Origin: Lingula anatina | Lineage: Eukaryota; Animalia; Brachiopoda | DNA length: 64,000 nt | Assembly (NCBI GenBank): GCA_051362555.1 | Contig: CM120645.1 | Coordinates: 24,642,934-24,706,933 of the forward strand | Reading direction: 5' to 3' | Shown: one piece after another, positions 63,808 to 64,000 of the stretch | How the letters are laid out: every line of letters begins with the position of its first letter | Position numbering within the stretch: the stretch's first letter is position 1 | The notes under the pieces: generated by a model | The model's input: only the letters and a program-made list of their open reading frames with translations | Told to the model about the DNA's origin: nothing | Databases searched by the model: none | Position numbers and translations under genes: made by a program

Positions 63808-64000
63808 GTCAGTGGCACAGTAGTTTGGAAGTTGAAATCATATTTATTATGGTGAAAATAAAATAGAAGTCTTTTACTAATGATGACATGTTTGTTTATA
63901 AGATGTGCATCTAGATCAGCCCACATTGCGTCACTCCCCATGAGGCTGTATTACATAAGCAGACGGGGGACATTTTATCATTCAATGAAAAAAACTTAAA

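Overview
AT-rich, intron-containing animal genomic DNA; repeat types and protein similarity suggest a marine invertebrate, probably a mollusc (inference). Gene order: 3' end of a PKA type II regulatory subunit (+), EFCAB10-like (-), a three-exon secreted Trp/Met-rich repeat protein with a degenerate chitin-binding-like module and an internal frameshift (-), a homocysteine S-methyltransferase (-), an intron-containing tRNA-Tyr(GTA) (-), and the 5' part of an IP3 receptor (+) that runs off the window. The most unusual signal is seven independent tandem duplications (37-92 bp units, up to ~26 copies) that each straddle an exon-intron junction in the HMT and ITPR genes. They create arrays of decoy splice sites, and in every case using the next copy gives a premature stop or a frameshift. 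Also present: a duplicated, apparently mutually exclusive ITPR exon, a decayed Gypsy env-like relic, two complete Helentron/HINE-like elements, and hAT- and PIF-type MITEs. All exon coordinates were read by hand, without transcript evidence.
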